DNA of 64,000 bases from the NCBI GenBank assembly GCA_965203905.1, contig CBDBDQ010000005.1:256001-320000 (forward strand), read 5' to 3'. Numbering within the stretch: the stretch's first letter is position 1; every line of letters begins with the position of its first letter. Of the stretch, positions 37,219 to 46,952 are shown piece by piece. Position numbers and translations under genes: made by a program. Under the pieces are notes generated by a model. That model ran no database searches. It saw nothing but the letters and a program-made list of their open reading frames with translations, and was not told the DNA's origin. The DNA is from Spirochaetia bacterium (GTDB lineage Bacteria; Spirochaetota; Spirochaetia; SZUA-6; Bin103).

Positions 37219-38127
37219 CGCTTCCGCGCGCGAAAGCGGGTTCACGCCCGTGAGCAGATCCTGGCCGAGGTTGCGGCGTGGCTCGACGCCTACGGCGCGC
37301 TGGAGACACTTCTTGATGCTGCCGAGCCATTCACGGTCGAGGGGCTGTCCGCGCCCGGCCGCGACCCCGCCGCTGTTGCACGGGTTGCGCGCGAGCGGTT
37401 TGGTCTCGAACCGCACCAGCCGGTACAGGATATCTGCGGCCTGCTGGAGCAGCACGGCGTCAAGGTTCTGCTGCTGGACACCCGGCGGGACTCGTTCTTC
37501 GGGTTGAGCGTCGGGCCCGAAGACGGCGGGCCAGCAGTGGTGGTGAACACCTGGGACCGGATATCCGTCGAGCGCTGGATCTTCACTGCCGTACACGAGT
37601 TGGGTCACCTGTTGCTGCATCCTGCCGAGTTCGACAGCAACGCCACGCACCTGCCGACAGACACGGAACGTGAAGCGGACGCTTTTGCGAGTGAGTTCCT
37701 GATGCCGGATGCGACATTCGAGGCCGCCTGGGTCCAGACGGACGGGCATCCCCTGGTGCTGCGGGTCTTGAAGGTCAAGCGGATTTTCCGCGTGAGTTAC
37801 AAGACCGTGCTTTATCGGCTGGTGGCGTCCCGGCGGGCGACCAGCGAGGTGTGGAGCGCGTTCCAGCACCAGCATCGTCTCTACTTCGGGAGCACATTGC
37901 GGAAGGCCGATGAACCGGTCGCGTTGCAACAAAGCGAGTTCGCCTGGCACTGGGGCCGCTCCGGGGAGCCGGAGCGGCTGTCGCGCCATGACTTCGTTGA
38001 GGACCGCCTGTCTCGCCTCGTGCGCAAAGCTCTGCAGGAGGAGCACATCTCCCTTGGCCGCAGCGCGGAGATCCTCGGTCTGAGCCGGGAGCAGATGCGA
38101 CAGCGCGTTCGTGAGTGGGTCAACTGA
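37219..38127 (+). pseudogene. ImmA/IrrE-family metallopeptidase lacking its N-terminal XRE HTH
   Basis: RFRARK..REQIL, GVKV, ISVERWIFTAVHELGHL (HExxH), EREADAFASEFLMP, ISLGRSAEILG; the upstream in-frame sequence is not HTH-like and has no credible start. Confidence 0.75.
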
Positions 38128-38150
38128 AACGATCCGCTCCCACTGTTCTC
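38115..38150 (+). pseudogene. 5' stub of a PIN-like gene following ImmA
   Basis: GTG-GGT-CAA-CTG-AAA-CGA-TCC-GCT-CCC-ACT-GTT-CTC overlaps the ImmA stop and joins in frame, via TTCTC, to 46953 onward. Confidence 0.45.
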
Positions 38151-38191
38151 CTATCCGGGACGTACGAGCGATCCTGGTTCGATTGACCTGT

Positions 38192-40099
38192 TCAATTCAA
38201 CCCCATCTCGGCCAGAAATCGTGATCGTCTTTTTTTCCATCCGAAGTAACGTTCCGAATACGTCATGGTAAGCGTCGACTGTGCCCTGGTGATGGCTACG
38301 AAGCAACCGCGGCGTTCCTCTTCGAGTTCCCTGCTACCGGATCCACTTCGTGTCGAGTGATACGACGGCAACTGATCCTCGGCGAGACCCACCAAGTAGA
38401 CGTGGGGAAACTCCCGTCCTTTGGCCAAGTGAATCGTCAGGCACGGTATCGCATCGCGCTCAGGCGGTATCACTTTGGGCCGCAGATCCATCTCTTGCAG
38501 GAACGTGCTGAGTGTTGGGGTGCCGTTTACTTGTCGACACACCTCCCGTTTCAGATTGTTCCAAATTTTGATCTCTTCCTCGCCATCATCCAGATCTTCG
38601 TCGGTTCCTTCGGACTCGCTCTGCCGCTCAAGTTTATGGTACCAATCGAAGACCGTGTCGACGAATTCCTGGTAGTGGATCCGTTCTACAAGCTGGTTAC
38701 GCAACGCTTCCAGCAATGGCGCCGAATCCGAGGCGGTGGAGTCCGTTTCGGCGACCTCAAGAAAACCCTTCAGTAGCGATCCTCCGTGCGCTTCACTCTC
38801 CGCGTCCGCATCTTCTACCCTTACGTCGATCGCAGTCAAATAGAAGAAGGCTTTACAGAGTATCCCGATCTGATCACGATCCCGCGGAGCTATTGCAAGT
38901 CGCAGCGCTGCCTGAACGAAGCGCAGGGGCGGTGATCTGAGGTCGTGTCTGCGTTTGATCAGGTAGGTGACAATACCGGCATGTCGCAAAGCATCGGACG
39001 CAGTCTCCAGAAGTTTGGCATTACGAGCCAATACTACACAATCATCCGGACGGAGCGAGCGACGCCGAATGTCCCTAGCGATCCACTCCATTTCGGCAGA
39101 ATGATCCGAAAAACGCATGACTCGAATGGAGTGGTTATCAAGCGTCGGAACCATGGATCGCAGGGGTTCCTTGCTCGACGATCGTTCAAGGTTGAACCGG
39201 ATGAGATTGTTCGCCAGTTCAATCACCGCAGCGGGACACCGGTAACTATCGGGGAGTTGGATGACCCGCATCGCATAGTCGCGGCGGAGTTTTTCGAGCC
39301 GTGCGGGACTGGCGCCGTTCCACTGGTAGATGATCTGGTCGTCATCCGCGACAACGAAGAGATTGGGCTTGTCCGGCGGACAGAGAAATCGCAGAATCAA
39401 GTCCTGACACTTGTTCGTATCCTGGTACTCGTCGACACAAACGTACGGATAGACTATGTGGTAATGTCGCGCCACTCTCGGTCGTTCGCGAAACAGGCGC
39501 AAGCAGCAGATCAGAAGGGCGCCGTAGTCCAAATAGTTGTAACGGATCAGCGTGTCCAAGTAAGCTCCGTAGACGTCACCAATCCAGCGTCTTGGAGAAC
39601 CGGAAAACGGTATCGGTGTGTCAGCACCTCCGTCGTGACCCTCGCGGTACAGATGATCGATCATCCGCACCATGCCGTCGGACCGTACGTTCGGTATGTC
39701 AGGGCAGCGGCTCTCGCGGATCACCTCGTCAAGCACTCGCAGTCGGTCAGCGTCTTGGGCGAGTATCTCGAAGTCTGGACGCAGGCCCAGGTGGCTCCCA
39801 TGTTGGCGCAGTACTTCGGCGCAGAACGAGTGAAACGTCGTCAGCCGTGCCCTGCGCGTCTCCGGACCAAGGAGAGACTCCACACGGTTGCGCATCTCGT
39901 CGGCGGCTTTCGTCGTGAAGGTGAGGGCGAGTACGCGGAACCGCGCGTCGATACTCTCTCGAATCAGACGTGCCACCCGCATGGTTAGGACGAATGTCTT
40001 ACCGGAACCTGGACCGGCCAGGACCAGAAGCGGGCCGGCGTTCCACTGCACCGCCTGTCGTTGGTTTGCGTTTAGCTTGCCCAATTCGTGTATCATCAT
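38192..40099 (-). CDS. UvrD/Rep-family SF1 helicase (GajB-like partner of OLD nuclease)
   Basis: LN.NQ, AGPGSGKT, LTFT.KAA, TFHSF, VDEYQD, DDDQ.IY.W.G, YRC, TIH.AKG.EF, EERR..FVA.TRA. Confidence 0.92.
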   Translation of the reverse strand: MMIHELGKLNANQRQAVQWNAGPLLVLAGPGSGKTFVLTMRVARLIRESIDARFRVLALTFTTKAADEMRNRVESLLGPETRRARLTTFHSFCAEVLRQHGSHLGLRPDFEILAQDADRLRVLDEVIRESRCPDIPNVRSDGMVRMIDHLYREGHDGGADTPIPFSGSPRRWIGDVYGAYLDTLIRYNYLDYGALLICCLRLFRERPRVARHYHIVYPYVCVDEYQDTNKCQDLILRFLCPPDKPNLFVVADDDQIIYQWNGASPARLEKLRRDYAMRVIQLPDSYRCPAAVIELANNLIRFNLERSSSKEPLRSMVPTLDNHSIRVMRFSDHSAEMEWIARDIRRRSLRPDDCVVLARNAKLLETASDALRHAGIVTYLIKRRHDLRSPPLRFVQAALRLAIAPRDRDQIGILCKAFFYLTAIDVRVEDADAESEAHGGSLLKGFLEVAETDSTASDSAPLLEALRNQLVERIHYQEFVDTVFDWYHKLERQSESEGTDEDLDDGEEEIKIWNNLKREVCRQVNGTPTLSTFLQEMDLRPKVIPPERDAIPCLTIHLAKGREFPHVYLVGLAEDQLPSYHSTRSGSGSRELEEERRGCFVAITRAQSTLTMTYSERYFGWKKRRSRFLAEMGLN

Positions 40100-40100
40100 G

Positions 40101-41798
40101 TCACTCGTTGGCTAACTCAACAGCCTTCTCAAGAATACCCTGCAACACCTGTGGGACCGGAACTTCGGCGGCGTTCATCTTCAACGCCGCCTCGACCGCC
40201 ACCGATGGCTTGCTATAGCCCCTTGGCAGCGCCGCCAGCACTTGTTTCCAATAGGCCGCTGTGCCGTGGTCAGCCACAGGTTGTCTCTTCTGTGACGACA
40301 TCCGGGACTCGTACAGCTCGCCGAAACCATTCTCGCACAGAAACTGTTCCACGTTCTCGTACGGAATAGTCAACCGGTCAGCCTCTGCCGAACCGCCGAA
40401 CTGCGCCCGCACGGTGTTCTCGTACTTCCTCCGCCCACTGTCGCCATCGACGACGCAGTACCACGAAATGCCCAGTTGGTTGGCGATCTTCGCCAGCATC
40501 CCTACGGCGGTCTGGCCGAACTCCACGCACCGCACTCCGGTGCGCTCCAAATCCAGATCAAGTGCGTTGGCAGCTCCCGAAAACAACGCAGTCTCGGTCT
40601 CGCCCTCGACCAGCAGCCAGCATCTTGCAAACAGCAACTCTCCACGGCTCCGCCGGACGTGGAAGTCGAACTTCCTCATCTCCTCGGGGTCGAACGTATC
40701 GCGCCGGATACGGTGAATGTCGATGCCCGCCTGCCGACGGACGAAACGGCGCACTGAGAGCGGGTCGACACCTGCCAGAAGATCCCCGCTGTGGCTCGAC
40801 ACCAGCTTCTGTCCTGGCAACCCTTGAACGATCTGCATCAGAGCCCGAATCGCGGATGGATGGAGATGCGCTTCCGGCTCTTCCAAACAGGTAATCGGCT
40901 CGGCACTTGGATCGAGCTCGGACAATCGGCTCCGCAGAAACGTACCGAACAGCAACAGCACTGCCAAGCTCTGCGTGCCCTCACCTTGGCGGTCTACCGG
41001 GATCTTGGCACCGGCAGGCGACGTGAGACTGACCTGCGTCCGGGACAGCAGCGAGAACAGCTTGGTCGGCAGCGCGTCGATCCCAACCGCGTCGCCGCCC
41101 CCGAAGTCGATCACTCGCTTGGCGTCCTCCAGCCCCGTGCGGACTTCACTCAACGGACGATGTGCGGCAATGAGCTGGTCGTTCAATTCCGCAAACTCGT
41201 GCTCCAGACGTTCTCGATCAGCTTTCGGGAGGCTGGACTCGGACAAGAAGTTGCGCCAGAATGGTCCTCGCGAGCCGAAGTGGGCCGCTGCGTCACGCAG
41301 CGCCGACAGGTAGAATACGGGGGCCAGCCGCTGCAACGTGTTGAGTTGGGCAGCACTCGTTGCCGGTCCAGTCAGCGGACTCCCTTGAGCATTCAGAAAC
41401 GCCCACTCACTGATGAAGTCGTTGGTGTCGCGATCGAAACCCGATCGCACACGAAACTGGACGCGATAGCGGTCATCATCTCCCAATACCGCGACGTTGC
41501 CTAGCTCCTGGATGACATCGTCATGCCACGACTCCGTCTCAGGTTCTACGAAGAACAGCTCTATGACGATGGCATCGGAATCCGCTGGAGTCGCCGCATC
41601 GTCCCTGAGATGATAGTCATACTCGTGGAACACGCGCCCGCTACGCGCGCGAAGCTGGCTGAGACAGATGCGAATCGCATCGAGGAACGCGGTCTTTCCG
41701 GTGTTGTTCTCGCCGATGAGGATGGTCGTGTCGTCGAGGTCAACGCTGATCTCTCTAATGCAACGAAAGTTGCGAACTCTCACTTTGCTCAACTGCAC
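40101..41798 (-). CDS. OLD-family ATP-dependent nuclease (ABC ATPase + TOPRIM), GajA-like
   Basis: NFR.I, GENNTGKT, G.GTQS, EEPEAHLHP, SSHS, LLFAR..LLVEGETE, VVDGD. Confidence 0.92.
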   Translation of the reverse strand: MQLSKVRVRNFRCIREISVDLDDTTILIGENNTGKTAFLDAIRICLSQLRARSGRVFHEYDYHLRDDAATPADSDAIVIELFFVEPETESWHDDVIQELGNVAVLGDDDRYRVQFRVRSGFDRDTNDFISEWAFLNAQGSPLTGPATSAAQLNTLQRLAPVFYLSALRDAAAHFGSRGPFWRNFLSESSLPKADRERLEHEFAELNDQLIAAHRPLSEVRTGLEDAKRVIDFGGGDAVGIDALPTKLFSLLSRTQVSLTSPAGAKIPVDRQGEGTQSLAVLLLFGTFLRSRLSELDPSAEPITCLEEPEAHLHPSAIRALMQIVQGLPGQKLVSSHSGDLLAGVDPLSVRRFVRRQAGIDIHRIRRDTFDPEEMRKFDFHVRRSRGELLFARCWLLVEGETETALFSGAANALDLDLERTGVRCVEFGQTAVGMLAKIANQLGISWYCVVDGDSGRRKYENTVRAQFGGSAEADRLTIPYENVEQFLCENGFGELYESRMSSQKRQPVADHGTAAYWKQVLAALPRGYSKPSVAVEAALKMNAAEVPVPQVLQGILEKAVELANE

Positions 41799-42100
41799 GC
41801 TGAGCCCTCCACAAGGCAGTCGTTCTCGATGTTCATGGATGTTACCGCGATCCGACGTGCGCTGTCAACTGACGCTCGAAAGTTGAAGTGGTCTCTCGAA
41901 TGCGGCAGCGCTCGGTCTTCCAGTGCAGGTGGCGGACCTCGGGGAAGATCGGTGGCAGACGAAGGAAGCCGCGCCTCGTTCATAGTCGGCGCTATGCAGT
42001 GATCGCTCCGTACGTCCGGCAACGCCTGTTCGATTGCCGTGACGTCGCGTTCGTCGAGTTGGTAGAGAGAGTAGACGATCTCGTTGAGGCGCCGTTCAAC
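41789..42100 (-). pseudogene. C-terminal remnant of a Type IIG/Eco57I-like restriction-modification enzyme
   Basis: ERRLNEIVYSLYQLDERDVTAIE resembles the typical I/LD.LVY.LY.L..EE...IE tail of these methylases; truncated at the junction with the duplicated phyH fragment. Confidence 0.45.
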
Positions 42101-42104
42101 GGCC

Positions 42105-42272
42105 GACCAACCGCTCGACGCAGGTCTGTAAGACGCTGCACGTGGGCTTCGGTGCGCATTTATGATGTCGCAGAACATCGCCACCATGGACGAGCCGCCC
42201 TACGTCATCGATGCCACGTACGCGTGGTTTTGATAGAAGAAACACACAGCTCAGAAAGTTTGAGACATGGCC
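42105..42272 (+). repeat. Degenerate composite copy of 32939-33059 (phyH 3' part) joined to 33747-33796 (AT-rich hypothetical gene)
   Basis: gaccaaccgctcg...atgatgtcgcagaacatcgccaccatggacgagccgccctac shared with 32939+; cagctcaga(a/c)agtttgagacatggcc shared with 33771+. Confidence 0.85.
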
Positions 42273-42477
42273 AACCATCGCGAACAGCAGCACCCCGACT
42301 CATTCATTACCTGGAATGGGATAAATCGTCACTGGTTGAAGCGGGCTCCCACCCAGAATTTGGCCCGACTTGTGGTCTTCCATCAAGCGCAGGAATTGCA
42401 GTAGATCTCCGAGGCCGTTGATCAAGCTGGGGATGCTCTGCCGCGTGCTCCACGATATCGGTGCCATTCGCGCAACT

Positions 42478-42497
42478 CCAACCAACCAACCAACCAA
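42478..42497. repeat. (CCAA)5 tetranucleotide repeat upstream of mcrB
   Basis: ccaaccaaccaaccaaccaa, 9 nt before TTGACT (42507), which is followed after 17 nt by TCCAAT. Confidence 0.8.
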
Positions 42498-42558
42498 GGG
42501 GCGCTATTGACTTTCCTTGTGCCCCCGACTCCAATGTCAGCCACTGACGGAGGGTGAA

Positions 42559-44682
42559 ATGTCGAACATCGAGGCCACTCGAAAGGCTCCAGCCATGTTA
42601 CCGCCGGGCGCTGTCGACCGCTGGCGCGAGCGCTGGCAGGAAGCGCAGCACGATGCCACATGGGTTGAGCGACACAGACTCCTAGATGCCAAGCGTACGG
42701 AGACGCTTCGGGAAATCAACGATCTTGTGCAGCAGTTCCTCCACCGCGACTTGGCGGTTTCCGAGTTCAGGGAGACTTTCGACCGAAAGACCAGAAACGA
42801 ATGGGATCTGTTCGGCCTGAAGGGCCTGTCAGGAGGGATGTTTCTGAACAAGCTGGTCAAACACCTGCCCGACCAGGAAGAACTCACGCGCGAGTTGCAG
42901 GCGGCGCTAGCGGTCCCCGTCGACGATGACACGGCTCACCTAAAGATCGATGATCTCGCAAGATTCCTGGACCGGAAAATCCACGAAGGTTCGGCGTCTA
43001 GTGCCGACCTGCAACCGAACCGTGCGCCATTCCTCCTCAGTGCGGTCTGGCACTTGCAGCAACCGGACCGCTGGCCGATCATCTACCGCTCTGCCCGGAA
43101 GGCACTCAGGGTTGACGGCGTGCTCGGTACTGACGTAGCCGGTGGCGACGGGTACCTGGAATTCTCGCGCGTGTTCACCGCGCTGGCTAATGGCCTCGGC
43201 ATCGCGTTCTGGGACCTTGAGCACCTCTGCGCTCGCGTTGAGACCGCCGAGGCTGACGCAGACGACGAAGGGCAGGTAACCGGCGACGACGAGGAAGTCT
43301 CCCAGGGAGAACGAGTGTGGCTGTTCGCCCCGGGGCGCGCCGCATCAGAATTCGACCGGTTCTACCAGGAGGGCATCATTGCGATTGGTTGGGAATCGCT
43401 TGGAGACCTTTCCAACTATTCGGATCGAGAAGCGATCCGACGTGCACTCCGCGAGATAGAGGGCGGCAATTCAAGCCGAACGCACGACTCACTTGCCTGT
43501 TACCAGTTTGCCCATGAGATGCAGGTTGGCGACCTCGTGTTTGCGAGGCGCGGTCAGCGACAAATCGTCGGCTTCGGACTCGTCACATCGGCGTATCAGC
43601 ACAGGCCGGACCGTCGCGTCTTCACGCACGTGCGATCCATCGAGTGGAAGAAGCGGGGAGAGTGGGAGCCGCGGGCGCGTCCGCTCGTGACGAAGACCCT
43701 TACCGAGATCGGGAAGTATCCGCGCCTCGTCGCGGACATCCGCCGCGCATTGGGGCTACTGGACGACGGCAGTGACGACAACGGCGACAAACCCGAGATT
43801 CGACCGCCCTACCTTCTCGAACATGCTCTCAACGAGGTGTTCATGTCCCGCGCGCAGATCGAAGAAGCGCTGGCGCTGCTACGGTACAAGAGAAACCTCG
43901 TTCTGCAGGGTCCACCGGGCGTCGGGAAGACGTTCGTTGCCAAGCGTCTGGCATACTTGCTGGTAGGGGAGAAGGATCCGCAGCGCATCTCCCAAGTGCA
44001 GTTCCACCAGTCGTATGCCTATGAGGACTTCGTGCAAGGTTACCGACCGGTCGAGGATGGAAAATTTGCTCTCGCCGACGGCCCATTCCTGCGCTTCTGC
44101 GACCAAGCTCTGCAAGACCCGGAGTCGCCCTACGTGATGCTGATCGACGAAGTCAACCGCGGCAATCTCAGCAAGATCTTTGGAGAACTGCTGCTGCTCA
44201 TCGAGGCCGACAAGCGCAACGCAACGTGGGCAACGACGCTTGCGTATGCGAAGGAGGATGAAGCGCCCTTCTACGTCCCGAACAACCTCTACATCATTGG
44301 CACCATGAACACTGCCGACCGGTCCCTGGCACTGGTCGACTACGCATTGCGGCGTCGCTTCGCATTCTTCGACGTGGAGCCCGCATTCGAACACGCCGGC
44401 TTCGTTCACAAGCTGGCAAGTCTCGGCGTGGAGCCCACGTTGCGCAACCGCATAGTCGAACGATTCAAGCTGCTGAACGAGCGAGTCGCGGATGACCAGA
44501 ACCTGGGCGGCGGCTTCCGCGTTGGTCACAGCTACTTCTGTCACTCCGACGGGAAAACAGCGGACGAAGCGTGGTACCAACGCATCGTTCGGACCGAGAT
44601 CAAGCCGCTGCTGGAGGAATACTGGTTCGACAACGCCAGCCGCGCGGACGACGAGGTAGCGAGCCTGTCGGGCGACGATTGA
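42559..44682 (+). CDS. mcrB: McrB-family AAA+ GTPase with two N-terminal putative DNA-recognition domains
   Basis: GPPGVGKT, QFHQSYAYEDFVQG, IDEVNRG, GTMNTADRS, DYALRRRF, GHSYF. Confidence 0.9.
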   Translation: MSNIEATRKAPAMLPPGAVDRWRERWQEAQHDATWVERHRLLDAKRTETLREINDLVQQFLHRDLAVSEFRETFDRKTRNEWDLFGLKGLSGGMFLNKLVKHLPDQEELTRELQAALAVPVDDDTAHLKIDDLARFLDRKIHEGSASSADLQPNRAPFLLSAVWHLQQPDRWPIIYRSARKALRVDGVLGTDVAGGDGYLEFSRVFTALANGLGIAFWDLEHLCARVETAEADADDEGQVTGDDEEVSQGERVWLFAPGRAASEFDRFYQEGIIAIGWESLGDLSNYSDREAIRRALREIEGGNSSRTHDSLACYQFAHEMQVGDLVFARRGQRQIVGFGLVTSAYQHRPDRRVFTHVRSIEWKKRGEWEPRARPLVTKTLTEIGKYPRLVADIRRALGLLDDGSDDNGDKPEIRPPYLLEHALNEVFMSRAQIEEALALLRYKRNLVLQGPPGVGKTFVAKRLAYLLVGEKDPQRISQVQFHQSYAYEDFVQGYRPVEDGKFALADGPFLRFCDQALQDPESPYVMLIDEVNRGNLSKIFGELLLLIEADKRNATWATTLAYAKEDEAPFYVPNNLYIIGTMNTADRSLALVDYALRRRFAFFDVEPAFEHAGFVHKLASLGVEPTLRNRIVERFKLLNERVADDQNLGGGFRVGHSYFCHSDGKTADEAWYQRIVRTEIKPLLEEYWFDNASRADDEVASLSGDD

Positions 44683-45781
44683 CCGTGGCAGTTCCCGTCA
44701 GGAACATCTACTACCTGCTGTGCTACGCATGGAATCGGCTTGAGGCGCGTGAACTGGTTGACGTGGGGGCCGTGTCCGGAAACCGCATCGAGAACCTGCT
44801 TGGCTCCGTCCTGTCTCACGCGGTCGCGGATCTGATCCGTCGCGGTCTTGACCGAGGTTACGTTCCGTTCGAGGAGGAAGGACGTCGGTTGCGCGGCAAA
44901 ATGCTCCTGTCCGAAGTAGTGAAGCGGACGCTTCTGCCACGTGGCCGCGTCGTCTGTACCGTAGACGAGCTCAGCCATGACGTGCCGCACAACCGGCTGA
45001 TCAAAGCAGCCATGGCCGTGTTGGTTGCCTTGCCGGGGTTGGATCAGGAGCTGCGAGTCACGCTTCGCAGTCTTGGCCATCGCATGGGCACGGTCGCCGA
45101 CATAGACCTGTCGCCAGCGGCCTTCCGTCACGTGCAACTGCATCGCAACGTTGCGCGCTACGCGTTCGTGGTCAACCTGTGCAGCCTGATCGCGCGCAGC
45201 CTGCTACCCGACGAAAAGAACGGCGGCAAGCGGTTCCAGCCGTTCACGGCCAGCGAGCAGGAAATGGGCCTGCTGTTCCAGGCATTCGTCCGTAACTTCC
45301 TCAAGCGCGAGCAGGACCTGTTCCAGGTCTCAGGGCGCTCCGTGCCGTGGGACGTCGACCCGGCGGACGAAGCGGACTCGGCCTGGCTGCCGCAGATGCT
45401 GGTGGACGTGATGCTGACCAGCTCCCACCGGCGCGTGGTTGTCGAAACGAAGTATTACGCGACCCCGTACCGGAAGCACTACGGCACGAGGAAGCTCATA
45501 TCCGGTCACCTCTACCAGCTTCTCACGTATCTGTCGCAGCTGCGCGCCACTCCGGGTCCGGCGCGCCCGTCGGCGTGCTGCTGTATGCGGGCGCCGGAGA
45601 GCTGCCACGGCTCGACTATCGGTTGGGCGGTCACAGGCTGCTCGTTCGCAGCGTCGACCTGAGTCGTGACTGGCCTGACATCCACCGGGGACTGATCGGG
45701 CTCGCGCATGAACTTGGGCAGCGGGAGGTGATGACTCCGGGATACCGGACCGCGCCTGTTGGGACTGATGCGAAGGTCTGA
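44679..45781 (+). pseudogene. mcrC: McrC-family restriction component, frameshifted near 45562
   Basis: PVRNIYYLL.YAW, GLDRGY, LFQAFVRNF, VDVML, VETKYY, HLYQL.TY; the conserved tail GVLLYA...SVDLSRDW..I continues in another frame (ORF ending 45781). Confidence 0.85.
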
Positions 45782-45803
45782 TATTACGTCTACGTTGGTC
45801 GGC

Positions 45804-46952
45804 ATGAAGGCAACTGAGCAGCGCCTTTTCACTCCCGGCGACGGCGCCACGCCGCCGGCCCTCACCGGACGCGAGCGGGAGGAAGCCGTGTTGACGCGGT
45901 GCCTGGCGGACCTGCTCGACGGCAGCTCTCCCCCGCACAACGTCGTGCTGACGGGGCCGCGCGGCATGGGCAAGACCGTGCTGCTCAACTGGTTCAAGCG
46001 CGCCTGCCGCGAGCGGGAACGGGAAGTGGACGTGGTGAGCCTGACCCCGGACGACATCAGGACCTGGGACGCGTTGATCGAGGTTCTGTCGCCGCCCGGG
46101 ATGTCGAGGCTGCTGCCCCGGAAGCTTGGCGTGGCGGCGGTCGGCTCGGTCGAATGGGCGCCGCCGTCGCGAGTTGTGAGGAACCTGCAGGCGGAGTTGA
46201 CCGTTCGGTGTCGGAAGAAGCCGCTGGCGGTGCTGCTCGACGAAGCGCATACGCTCGACCTGGAGGTGGGCAGAACGCTGCTCAACGCCAGTCAGCAGGT
46301 GCGCGACGAGGCGCCGTTTCTGCTGGTGCTGGCAGGCACGCCGGGACTGGCCGCGCATCTTGGCGCCATGAACGCGTCCTTCTGGAGTCGCTTGGGAGAG
46401 GGGCGTCTGGGCATCGGCTTGCTGAGCGACGCGGCCGCCCGTGCCGCCCTGGTCGAGCCGCTCGTGGCCCATGACAAGGAGATCGACGCCGACGCGCTCG
46501 CCACGGTCATCGACGACAGCCAGCGCTATCCGTACTTCATCCAACTCTGGGGCGATGCGCTCTGGAAGCGGCATCTGGTCACCGACGCGACCCGGCTGAC
46601 CGCCGCCCACGCGGCGGCTGCACGGAATGACGTGGACGCCAGGGTCACCGACTACTACGACGACCGGTACCTGGAGCTGGATCAATCTGGCTGGCTGGGT
46701 GTTGCCGAGCGTGTGGCCGATCGCTTTCGATCCATGTCGACGATTACCTACGAGGAGTTGAAGGTAGCGGTCGCCGCCGGCCTGGCTGCCAACGCCGGCA
46801 CGGGGCAGGTGCATGAGGCCCTGAATGCCCTGCAGCGCCTGGGCTTCGTCTGGCGCCCACCCGGACAGCTTCCCCCGGTTCGCTACGAGCCTGGAATCCC
46901 CTCGCTGATGGGCTACGTACTCGACCGCGCCGTGGAGACAAAGTTCTCATAA
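45804..46952 (+). CDS. Stand-alone AAA/P-loop ATPase (AAA_16-like)
   Basis: FTPG.G.TPP.L.GRERE, GPRGMGKT, LLDEAH, LAGTP, YPYFIQL.G. Confidence 0.85.
   Translation: MKATEQRLFTPGDGATPPALTGREREEAVLTRCLADLLDGSSPPHNVVLTGPRGMGKTVLLNWFKRACREREREVDVVSLTPDDIRTWDALIEVLSPPGMSRLLPRKLGVAAVGSVEWAPPSRVVRNLQAELTVRCRKKPLAVLLDEAHTLDLEVGRTLLNASQQVRDEAPFLLVLAGTPGLAAHLGAMNASFWSRLGEGRLGIGLLSDAAARAALVEPLVAHDKEIDADALATVIDDSQRYPYFIQLWGDALWKRHLVTDATRLTAAHAAAARNDVDARVTDYYDDRYLELDQSGWLGVAERVADRFRSMSTITYEELKVAVAAGLAANAGTGQVHEALNALQRLGFVWRPPGQLPPVRYEPGIPSLMGYVLDRAVETKFS

Noticed and set aside
38145-38156. IS91/ISCR oriIS-like end (GTTCTCCTATCC) at the left boundary of the defence block
   Set aside because: The resemblance to the TTCCTAT consensus is short, and there is no adjacent transposase or matching terminus, so it is too weak to call.
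42300-42497. Small ORF between the repeat scar and mcrB
   Set aside because: It is short, starts within the CCAA repeat, and has no RBS or motif support.
33384-46952. Prophage or integrative element carrying the defence genes
   Set aside because: No integrase, transposase, relaxase or phage structural gene lies in this interval.
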